From Corallochytrium limacisporum Hawaii (Eukaryota > Protista > Pluriformea), in contig PDIP01000145.1 of assembly GCA_002811645.1 (NCBI GenBank), positions 66,050 through 130,049 on the forward strand: a DNA stretch of 64,000 nt. Direction: 5' to 3'. Numbering within the stretch: the stretch's first letter is position 1; every line of letters begins with the position of its first letter. The translations under genes were made by a program, and so were the position numbers. Shown here piece after piece: positions 25,773 through 36,124 of the stretch. The notes under the pieces were generated by a model. That model was not told where the DNA came from. It ran no database searches and was given only the letters and a program-made list of their open reading frames with translations.

Positions 25773-27509
25773 ATGAACCACGGGAATTTGAGCCAAGCAC
25801 CAATCGAGGAAATCCACCGCAAGCTTCAGCAGCCACTGTCAGAAATCAGCTTCCGCCGTGATGGCAGTTGTAAGCGTACATTAGTGGCCGCTGAAGAGGA
25901 ACCGATTTCCGAACCCTACACAGTACTCAACCATGGTATCCGCGACCCCTCTGGCCGCGCCCTGGTTAACGGCATCCAACTCGTCGAGTCTTCGGTGCGT
26001 GATTTGAACCGTCTGCTGGCAGAGGCAAATCTTACCGAGTGTGAAAGCCGTGGCATTAAGCGCTGCCGCCGTCAGGTGCGCAACCGCTTTGCAGCACAGA
26101 TGTGCCGCCGCAAGAAGCGCATGCGCAAGCAGCAGTCCCAGCAGGCCCAGGCCCATGGTGCTCCCTACGGACACCATGCCCACCACCCCGCTGCGCACCA
26201 CCACCACCCTGGCCACCCTCTGGGAGCCGTGAGTAGCCAGCACAGCCTGTACTCCGCCTCAGACTGCTCTGAGTCTGTCAGTGCCAACCTCGACAACATC
26301 GACACCGGCAGTGACGCCAGTCTGCAGGGCCACGGTGCCACTGTTGCTGACCAGCGCTGCAGTCTGGAGCAGATCATGAACGACCTCGCTCACCGCGACC
26401 GCGTCATGCAGCACCATGCTCAGCATCCTGCCGCCCGCCATCACCACCACCCCTCTGGCCACCACTTCACTGCCCACCAAGCCGTGACTCGTAGCAGTGG
26501 CAGCCACGAACTGTTCTTCACCGAATTCGACGCCACCCAAGCCCGGACCTTCAACGCTCCGCAGCAGTTTGGCCTGAACCAGGCCCAGCCTTCCGCTGGC
26601 GCCGGTATCATGAGCCATCTGAGTGACACCTTCAGCCACAAGGTGGATCTGCAGCAGGCCGCTCAGCAGCAGCACCATGTTGCTGCCCAGCAGCAGGCTG
26701 TGGCACAGACGCCACCCCAGCAACAGCAGGCATCACCCATTGGACACCAGCAGCAGCAGGCCGCCCCTTTTGGCCAGCAGGCACACTCTCCCGTCCAGCA
26801 TCAGGCTCAGCAGCAGGCCCGTTCCCAGTGGCCCAACGTGGATTTGGAGCACATCCTCCACCGTCCCCCCACAGGGACTGACCCCAAGGCGGCGGCCGTC
26901 CACGGCCACAGCCACAGCCACCCTGCTTCACCACAGAGCCTCCCCGGCGCCGCTCCGAACGTAGTGGACACCACCCAGCACCGCCAGTCCCTGTCCGAGC
27001 AGCACCCAAAAGGTGAGCAGCAGCTGCAGCAAGCGTCTGCTGTTGCAGCTGCTAGCCCGTCCAGCAACTCTGTGCACACCACCAACCCCACTGATCCCAA
27101 CAGTCCCGCTGCCCTCGTGCCTGGTGACTCCCAGTCCCAGACCAGCAGCGCCCTGAAGTTTGACTCCGGCCACCCCAACAACCACTGCAAGTGCTCCTGC
27201 GGCTGCAAGGGCCAGTGCGGCAACTGCCTCTCTGGAAACTTCCCTGTGTACAGCCCGAAGAGCGCCAGCAACCCTGCTGATCTGTTCGTCGCGACTGCTG
27301 CCAAGAGCGAGTCCACACCAGACAACTTCGGCTTTGGAGGGAACGTTGTCGTCAACGAGTCCAAGTCTCTGGGCTCTGTCAGCAGCCTGCAGACCCATGA
27401 AGATGTGAAGCCGTTTGTCTTTCCCATGACTGACATCGGCGGCGAGTCTGAGACCAGCCCCGGTTCTCAGCGCCTGAGCGGTGCCGGTCCGATGAGCGTC
27501 CACGGCTAA
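25773..27509 (+). CDS. Maf/CNC-type basic-region transcription factor without a leucine zipper (SKN-1-like), Q/H-rich, with a C-terminal Cys cluster
   Basis: aa 70-116 LVESSVRDLNRLLAEANLTECESRGIKRCRRQVRNRFAAQMCRRKKR aligns with the Maf extended homology region (LVSMSVRELNRxL) plus a CNC/AP-1-type basic region (RRxxxNxxAAQxCRxRK). 578-aa ORF with strong C/G-ending codon bias. Confidence 0.85.
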   Translation: MNHGNLSQAPIEEIHRKLQQPLSEISFRRDGSCKRTLVAAEEEPISEPYTVLNHGIRDPSGRALVNGIQLVESSVRDLNRLLAEANLTECESRGIKRCRRQVRNRFAAQMCRRKKRMRKQQSQQAQAHGAPYGHHAHHPAAHHHHPGHPLGAVSSQHSLYSASDCSESVSANLDNIDTGSDASLQGHGATVADQRCSLEQIMNDLAHRDRVMQHHAQHPAARHHHHPSGHHFTAHQAVTRSSGSHELFFTEFDATQARTFNAPQQFGLNQAQPSAGAGIMSHLSDTFSHKVDLQQAAQQQHHVAAQQQAVAQTPPQQQQASPIGHQQQQAAPFGQQAHSPVQHQAQQQARSQWPNVDLEHILHRPPTGTDPKAAAVHGHSHSHPASPQSLPGAAPNVVDTTQHRQSLSEQHPKGEQQLQQASAVAAASPSSNSVHTTNPTDPNSPAALVPGDSQSQTSSALKFDSGHPNNHCKCSCGCKGQCGNCLSGNFPVYSPKSASNPADLFVATAAKSESTPDNFGFGGNVVVNESKSLGSVSSLQTHEDVKPFVFPMTDIGGESETSPGSQRLSGAGPMSVHG

Positions 27510-30500
27510 AGCACAACTTCATGACAATATATGAAAAACGGACTAGGATTTTTTCACAACCCCACCCCCCCCTTTATCACCGACTTCCTTCGTGAGTGTA
27601 AATCTGAGAAAAGCTTCTACTTTTTTTTTTCTGAGAGCAAGAAAGGAAAAGAAAAGAAGAAGTACTTGCCAGAGAAACACACGAAACAAAATAGTGGCGA
27701 AGGAAGTTTTCGACACCAACCAGTTCATCACCCATAACGCCAAACCTACCACTAACGGCCCCCCCCCCTGCACCACCACCACCCCCCTCCCCACACCTCA
27801 CAACCCGAGAGTTCCCCAACGGTGTGTTCCATACGCTCGGTTCCCCATCATTTGGCCAGCGCAACCTTTGGACTCGGAGTGTTTTTCATTATTTTTTCCC
27901 TTGGTGTGTGTGTGTGTTGTGTGTGTGCTGTGCCGCGATCACCCCCGAATTTCACATTAAAAAATAACGAATGAAGAAATCCCTCTGCCCACAAAACCAA
28001 AACCACCACAAAGTTTCTTTTCTTTTTTTTAGCAACTCTTCACGACATTGCCAATCACAAAACAACGGACTACCTACGTTGTTTTGCAAGGCTCAGCACA
28101 AGATTTTCTTTTTTTTTTTTTCGGTTTGACATGGCATCAGGCCCCCCTCTCCCCAAGAGCCTGCTTGGCCTTCCATCTAATTTTCCTTGGCCACAAACTT
28201 TTTTTACATTGGTGGGCTGCTGGCTCCTTGGCGCCACACAAGGCAAGCAAGGAAAGAAAAAAAGGAAGAAAACTAAGAAGAAAAACCATAGGCCAATCAA
28301 CATACAGAAGAGATAAGCCTGGCCCTAAGTGACAAATACATAAAGAATCTTCCAACCAAAAGACCACAACAATGTGCAACACACCCCTCTACGCACTCTC
28401 CCTACACAACAGCATTCGGTGTATCAATCTCTTCGGTTTAATTCCTATTATCTTTACTTCCATTCATTAACTATTAAAAACCCGAAACTTCACTGCCGGG
28501 ACAAAAATAGCAGTCCATAGATAACGGCCATCACTGAGCGGGCCGGGAAACCCCCCCCCCTCTTTCCTTCCCAAAGCGAAAGCCCGGAAGTGGAACCCCC
28601 CCCCCCCCCCGGGTGCCCGCTTGGGACACCCAACCCTGAAAATCTTTTCCTCTCTTTGTTTTTTTCTTTGGTGTTTTGTGTTTTATTTTTTTCTTGGCCC
28701 GGTTCTAAGCAGCACAAGCGGTGCAGGAGGATGGGGAGATGATGATGGTGATGATGATGGTGATGATGATCGGAGAGACAGGAAAAGGAGTTAAGAGAAA
28801 TGGGAAAAACGAGGCGCGCGCGCGTGCCATCAAAGTCAGTCAGTCAGTCAGTCAGTCAGCCACAGCCCAGTCAGTCAGCGTGTCGGTCAGCGAAAGTTCA
28901 CAAAGCAACGAAGAGGACAGGGACGAGAGGAAAAGATTTTCAGGGTTNNNNNNNNNNNNNNNNNNNNNNNNNNNNNNNNNNNNNNNNNNNNNNNNNNNNN
29001 NNNNNNNNNNNNNNNNNNNNNNNNNNNNNNNNNNNNNNNNNNNNNNNNNNNNNNNNNNNNNNNNNNNNNNNNNNNNNNNNNNNNNNNNNNNNNNNNNNNN
29101 NNNNNNNNNNNNNNNNNNNNNNNNNNNNNNNNNNNNNNNNNNNNNNNNNNNNNGGGGGGGGGAGGGGAAGAAAGAAGTCCCGAGTGTGAGAGACAACAGC
29201 GGCAGAAGTAGGAGTGATGAGAGCGTGTGTGTCTTGTGTGTTTGTGTGTGAGTTTTGATCGCCATCTCTCCCCTCCCCGCTCCTGCTCAAACAGTCTTTC
29301 GAGGTTAGGAAAAAGGATAAAAGAAATTTGGGGAAGCGCGGGGAAGTGGGGAAGGAGGCGGGTTTAGGCGGGATGGACAAAAAAGGGATTGGCTGGCGCG
29401 GTCAAAAGGAACGCGGCAAAAAAATGGAAAACTTGGAAATAAGGCGAAAGGGACAAAAACAAAAAACGAAAGAAAAAAAAAGAAAAAACCCCTTCTTTTA
29501 CTTCCCCAGCAAAGCAAGGAAATAAGGGCCAAACGCAAGAACAGACACCGCACTCCCGAAGAAGCCCCACCCACACGCAGAACCACAAGTGAAATGACAA
29601 GGTCCAGAGTGGAACACTCCCTTTTTTTTCACGAGGATTGGACACATCCTTGAGGATGATGATGCGGCGTACGGCGGCTGGTAAGTGCGCAACATGTTGT
29701 CGCGATGGTGTGTGCTGCTGGTGGATTATGTAACGTCGCTTGTCCATGGTTTTGATACGAGTTTGGACGAGCGCGCAAGCCTTCTTCTCCACATGTCTTT
29801 GGGTTACTTTTTTAGTTTTCTGGTTTCCGTACGCGTACTGGCAGTGACTTCCGCATGACCACCACGCACTTGGGTGTTTCATCATGCCGGTTTCTTATTT
29901 CTACCGTTGTTTGCGATGCAATATCCCTCAGCTGCGGTTGGACCCGGTCCGGTTTTGTTGGCGTGCCTGCCCCAATCCAAACGGCCGCGTTTTGGCACTT
30001 CGGGTGGTGGGGTGGGGGGGGGGACACCCGCCACATCGCTTCCTCTCTGATCATCAGCTACGATCATCGTCTAGCGAAACGCGAAATCCCACATGCCCGC
30101 CCGTCCCATCCCCCATCCAATCCCATCCAATCCATCCATCCATCAAGCCATCCAATCCATCCATCACGATCTATCCTACGGTGCACACACACACACAAAT
30201 GTACATACACGTATGGCACCAAAGCACAATCTCGTCCGCTCCGCCACCCTTCCCCAAGCCCGCCGGTATCGGCACACCACCCACTCACCACCGGCACGGA
30301 ACACACACACACACACACACCCATCCAACAAACACGCACTTCTCCCCGCAGCACCGCAAGTAAGAGTTCGGAGACGTCCGAGTCCGTGGATGTTGATCAT
30401 CCATTGCTGTTCTTCGGTATAGTTCTCCTTGGCCCTCGGCGTCGGCGCTTCGTTGCTGGGTCCCCGTGTGGCAGTGGGAAGTGATTTGTGGTTGGGAAGG

Positions 30501-32869
30501 AATCTCCGAGGGGGGGTCCCGCCGGACAGCAAATGAGAAAAGGACCCACCACCGGACCCCACCTCTCCTCACCTTTTCTCCGTGACGTTTACAAACCGAC
30601 GCACCCGCTCCGCCACCTCTTGGTCTCTCCTAGACGGGCACACCTGCCCGTGGTGGCGAGGGGAGGAGTGTGTACAGTGCCCGCGATGTTCTCGCGCGGG
30701 GTTCACACTGTGTGGCCGCATTGTTGATTTCTCAACAACCGTCGCATTGTGTAGGTACCGCAAAAAAAGTTAGAGGGACAATAGAATGTGGGAGAGGGAG
30801 AGAGAGAGAGAGAGAGAAGGAGAGCATGTGTGTGTGTGTATTGCATGCGTGTTGCATGTGCGATGCGTTCCATCGCGTTATCGCTTGCATGTTTGCCACC
30901 TGGCCTTCCCTGTTCCTTTCGCCCCGTGCTACGGGGTCTACGGTGTATACCAACAACCAATCTCTGCGTCCGTTTCGGTTCGTGCGCCTGTTTTATTTGG
31001 GTCGTCAGGCTATCGTTTTCGTCGAGTCTTCGGTACTGGACTTTCTCACGCTCTTGCTTTGTGAAGCGCACCTGTGGTTGTGGTGAAGAGCAACAATTTT
31101 TTTTTGTTTGAAATAAAAAAAACCGCCAGCCGTTGGTATGTATTTCTTTTTTTCTTGTAGGCGGTGTGTGGTTGTACTGCTGCTGCTGTTGAACAACTGA
31201 ACAAAAGAGAGAGAGAGAGAGTGAGAGGAGGAGAGAGAGAGACAGAGGGAGGAGTTAGCTTGGTTGCAGTACCTTCTGCAAGTTCTCTATCCCCCACTTC
31301 GTTTCCCTTACCTTCTTATGCACTGCACACCATAGGCAAAAACCCGGACCATGCAAACGAAAACCAGAAGACGGGCACACACTCACCACAGTGGAACCCG
31401 GCCCACTCTTTTGTGCCCTCGTAGTCCATTCTCCTTGCCCTTGTGTCTCGGAGTGACAAGTTGTCCCGCTGATCCCGCATTAAATTTTTTTCTTTCTTTG
31501 GTTTTAGGTTTCCATTGAAACCAATATGCTCCTTAAACCCACCGGCGGCGGCTTGGGAGAGGTTTCCGTTTGGTGTTGTAATTATCCTATATTTTTTTTC
31601 TTTAAGTTATGTGTGCTGTTGCTGTTGCCGTTGATTTGTTTTCGTTTTAGTTTCGGTGTCTTCCCTTTTTGTCTAAGCTCGAACCCTTCACGTCACCCAC
31701 CCGGCTACCCACACACAGAGACCAGCACACACAACCCTACCTTTTTTCTTAAGTATGTGTTGTGTGGGGAAGGGGTTTGGGGGAAGCGCGTTTGTTACCT
31801 CTTCCTTTGTTTTTTCTTCCTTTGTATTTTCTTCCTTTGTATTTTCTGCCCCTTCCTTTCTTTTTTTTTTTTGTTTTGCTACTCCCAAGTTGTTCTTCTG
31901 GCATGTCCCAACTCCTGCTTACCAGCTCGTCTGAAACTGACACAGTTCGAAAGTTAGAAACTGCCACCATGGCCAGAGAGTTAGGTAGTAGAAACCGCCA
32001 TTTTTAAGGTTCAGAAGGGGCCACCATCGCGCACCACCCTCCCCCCCCGGGGGGGGCCCGGGGGAGTGGGAGAAGAAGAAAACGTTCCCCGAAGGTTGGG
32101 GGCTGGGGAGGGGAGGGTTGGACCCAGACCCGGTAGAGCACGAACAAAGCAAAGAAAGAAAAAAAAAGGAAAAACAAAAAAAAAGTCTGTCATTTTTAAC
32201 TATTTTTCATTCTTATCCTCTTGCCTCACTTCTTAAAAAAAAAGACTGTCAGTAAAAGGGAAAGTCGGGGGAGGACAGGACCCCAGGGAGACCCAATAAA
32301 AAAAAGAAAAAAATCCGAAGACCAAAAAAAATAAGGAAGACTACGCGGCAGTTCGGGGAGAGAGAAGAGAGAGAGAGAGAAGGGGGGCCCAAAGGGAAAA
32401 TTAAGAAAAGGGGAGAAAATGGCCGTAGGGGATGGAGAATTTTAAAATAAGGAATACAAGGGAAAAGAAAACGGAGGCCCACCTTTCCGGCACAGTTTTC
32501 AACCGAACGCGTGGGTCTGGTGTTCACATTTTCTTATGTTTGGCAGGAGGAGGGTGTAGAAAGGGGAGGGTGGGGGGGGGGGTAAACCAAAAGGGAGAGA
32601 GGGGAAGGCAAAGGTGTACGGGGGCATGCATTCCTCTGTCAGGGGAAGGGGTCCGAATTCCGGATAGTTCGGATGGCCTGTCTGACGGGAAGCCTTGGAA
32701 TTACCCAAGGGGCAGCGGGAACACATGACACTTGCCCCAAAAAGTGTTAGAACTCATGACACGAGAACGCGTTGTCATTCGGACGGGGGTTCACCTGCGT
32801 GTCGATAGTTGGTGTCTTTGCCTGCAGCTCTACAACGTGGCAGGATGACAAGACGCGAGTGGCACACAG

Positions 32870-33255
32870 TGAGCGAGTGCGAGAGAGCGAGTGGCACACA
32901 GTGAGCGAGTGAGAGAGAGAGAGAGTGAGCGAGTGAGAGAGAGAGAGAGTGAGCGAGTGAGAGAGAGAGAGAGTGAGCGAGTGAGAGAGATAGAGAGTGA
33001 GCGAGTGAGAGAGAGAGAGAGTGAGCGNNNNNNNNNNNNNNNNNNNNNNNNNNNNNNNNNNNNNNNNNNNNNNNNNNNNNNNNNNNNNNNNNNNNNNNNN
33101 NNNNNNNNNNNNNNNNNNNNNNNNNNNNNNNNNNNNNNGAGAGTGAGAGAGAGAGAGAGTGAGAGAGAGAGAGAGAGAGAGAGTGAGCGAGTGAGAGAGA
33201 GAGAGAGTGAGCGAGTGAGAGAGAGAGAGAGTGAGCGAGTGAGAGAGAGAGAGAG
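32870..33255 (+). repeat. Compound minisatellite, ~24-bp unit GTGAGCGAGT(GA)n, spanning an assembly gap
   Basis: Directly visible on both sides of gap 33028-33138. Confidence 0.92.
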
Positions 33256-33969
33256 GCAAAGGCAAACGAGGCAGCAGGGAATGAGGAACACAGATACACA
33301 CACCCACGCATTTCACCCAGTGGACATATAAGTAAAATGTCAGCAATGGGGGGGGGCTGAGCGGCAGATTTTGTCTGTGTGTGTGTGTGGGGGGGGAGAG
33401 ATGCGGGAGGAGCGACCGAGCCCGACTCTACAGAGCCGCAGGAAATAAAGTACCCAAGATACGCCCCACCCCGGTGTGGGGACAGTCCGAGATTAGCCTC
33501 CTGCGTGCCGCGTCGCTACCGTTGGTTTTTTTTACTGTGCAAGGATTTGGGATCAATCGCTACTTTGCAGGTGTGGTGTTCGTCTGTTCCAGATCTCCCG
33601 TTGTCGCATTGATCGGAAGCTTCTTCCAGGTGATGAAACTAGCCACGTCCATCAGTGCCGACGTTGAACTCATGGTGTAGTTCTCTCGAGATGGTGTTGG
33701 GGTCTCGAGGTGGCGAGAGGCTGAGCCCTTTGTGGGCAACCCATGGGTCAGGTAGTGATGTGCGTACAGGGATCGTCGTGGGTCTGCTGCAGAGCTAGGA
33801 TGTGAAGGGTCAGCCGCCGCTGGTCTCATCACTTTGCATGCCCATTCCCTTCCAAAGCTTTCATCCACATGAAATTTATCAATATCAAATATACAAGGTT
33901 TATATAGTGAATGTGTTGTTTTCCCTTTCGTACAAGATTCTCTGCGCAATCTGCTGCACATTGAGTGGC

Positions 33970-35229
33970 TCAGAGCTCCTTTGTGCCGCCCGGATACTCT
34001 TCAGTGCCATTGGGGTAGAGGGCAAACCGTGGCTTGCGTCCGTGCGTGATCTCATCGCCGTCCCAGGGCCAGCCACCGAACTGGGTGCGCTGGTAGTCAG
34101 CAAACGCCTGCATGATCTCTTCCTGGGTGTTCATCACAAACGGTCCGCGCTTGGCGACGGGTTCACCTATCGGCTTGCCCTGGAGGAGCAGTAGATTCGC
34201 ATCCCTCTCTGATCCGGGGTTGGTCACGGTCAGATCCTCCGTTGACACCAGTTCCACGGCGCCATACTCCTTGAGTGTCGGGGTCGAGCTGCAATCCAGA
34301 TGTACGATACCATCCTGATCACCTCCACGGTAGTGATAGAGAGAACGGTTGACACCCGCGATTGTGGCCTTGGGCAGCGTTATGGAAGCACCAGGTGCGA
34401 GCTTGATGATAAATACCGCCACTCCCGACGCCGGATCCGCAGCCCAACTGCTCGGGGTCGGTTCCAAGGCTTTGACTCCGTGCAGCTCACCCGCGATCAC
34501 GTCGACCACAGTTTTACCGTTGTCCTGGGTGTACCGCGGCAGCTCTTCCCGCCATAGCATTTTGTAGTGAGGATCCACCATCTTGGACTTGCGCGGAAGA
34601 TTCAACCAGATCTGAAACAGTTCCAGCGGATTGTCCTTATCTGCGTGCACCAATGGGAACATTTCAGAATGCTGGACGCCCTTTCCGGCGGTCATCCACT
34701 GCGTATCATCTGCGCTGAAGCGTCCCTTGGCTCCGAGCGAGTCGCTGTGGTCGATGTAACCTTCCTTGACGACGGTGATTGTCTCAAAACCCCGATGTGG
34801 GTGGTGTGGAAAACCTGGCACTCTTTCTCCGTGGTACATTCGGAAGCCATTGCGCAGTTCAAAATCCATACCAATCTGACGGCCATAGAGCTGGTCCTTG
34901 TTTACGCCCATCGTGGGATTTCCCTGAGGATACTGGTCCCTGTGATGAACGCAGAATAGGAAAGGGTCCTGGGTTTGCCACGGGCTGAGACCCAGAGTCA
35001 CGGTACGGATTACCTTACGAGTGGTACCGACTGCCATGTTGTCGACGTCCGATTCCGCAGTCTCCGTTACTATGGTTGTTGCGTTCCTGGTGCCAAAGAA
35101 TTTGCTTGAGTTGATAGTGTAGACGAGATAGAATGCAACAATCCCAACAAGAATTGATAAAGAGAAATTGTTGCGCGTACTTAGCCAAAATCTAGTGTCG
35201 CGACTAGTGCTATGCTTCTTCGGTTTCAT
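33970..35229 (-). CDS. Pirin (bicupin, Fe-binding) with an N-terminal hydrophobic anchor extension
   Basis: Pirin motifs DPFL, GFPHHPHRGFETIT, HSDSLG, QWMTAGKGVQHSE (3His-1Glu ligands intact), FQIWLNLP, GKPIGEPVAKRGPFVMNTQEEIMQAFADYQ. Confidence 0.95.
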   Translation of the reverse strand: MKPKKHSTSRDTRFWLSTRNNFSLSILVGIVAFYLVYTINSSKFFGTRNATTIVTETAESDVDNMAVGTTRKVIRTVTLGLSPWQTQDPFLFCVHHRDQYPQGNPTMGVNKDQLYGRQIGMDFELRNGFRMYHGERVPGFPHHPHRGFETITVVKEGYIDHSDSLGAKGRFSADDTQWMTAGKGVQHSEMFPLVHADKDNPLELFQIWLNLPRKSKMVDPHYKMLWREELPRYTQDNGKTVVDVIAGELHGVKALEPTPSSWAADPASGVAVFIIKLAPGASITLPKATIAGVNRSLYHYRGGDQDGIVHLDCSSTPTLKEYGAVELVSTEDLTVTNPGSERDANLLLLQGKPIGEPVAKRGPFVMNTQEEIMQAFADYQRTQFGGWPWDGDEITHGRKPRFALYPNGTEEYPGGTKEL

Positions 35230-36124
35230 ACAAAGGATGCCTTCCCTTACGCTTGAGAAGGGCAGTGGGCTTTGTTCAGTTCCAAAGCCAGTTATCTCGG
35301 CAAACGATCTAAGAAGACCTACTTCTGTGCAACCGTGTTAGTTGTGATTGGCTGTGTTAAATACCTTCTTGGAAAGGAGAACTGGGAGGGGGCGCTCGGC
35401 GACCTCATTGCTAAAACTCAGCGCTAAGCGCGTCCGCGCCAGGCCTGTAATCGCCCATACCACCGCCCCGGACCCACGTACACCGGGAAAAGGAAGGGTC
35501 TGACCGCCGCCACCGTTGGGCCCATCGCAATCAAAATCAACAATCATGAAAATTCCTGATTGTACTATTACTCTTGAATACTGTCGACAGGATAATCAAC
35601 TTATCCAGTACGTATATTGAATGCACCGTGAAATATTGCTGAATACTCCGAATATTGTTGTGTTCCCATGCTACGGGTAAGAATCCCTGGGAGCGGAAAT
35701 CAGCTGTCTGCATGTGTGAATCAAAGTGACTTAGGTACTGCTGATGGAACAAAGGAGAGCATTAACACGAGCAGACCACCACACACACATACGCACGGGA
35801 ACCAAGCTGGCGACGCACCTTTCTGCTCGGGGGACTCTGGGGTTGTGCGCACCGGTCCATTTATATTGATTATTCCCGAAGACGAAAAGAATATACCAAC
35901 AGACTTCCCCCCCCCTTTGGGCAAAAGACAACAAAATACAAGAGAAACCCACGGTACATATAAGAAAAAACAAAGGGGGAAACCAAAAAAAAAAAAAAAA
36001 AAGGGAAGGGTGTTAAAATACCTCGAGAAACCAAGAACGGTGTCGTATGTGTATTGTTTGCTCCCCCAGGAGAGACACCAGCTAGGGAAATTTGGGGGTT
36101 GGGGGCTGAGGCAGTAGCCAACTT

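Noticed and set aside
28632-28947. 23-bp perfect inverted repeat (28632-28654 / 28925-28947), MITE-like
   Set aside because: One arm abuts a gap and the other follows a poly-C run and decays into low-complexity sequence; misassembly is likelier, and no TSD can be checked.
35230-35800. Pirin as a target of the neighbouring CNC-like factor (Nrf2-PIR analogy)
   Set aside because: No clean TGACnnnGC antioxidant response element seen upstream; proximity alone is not evidence.
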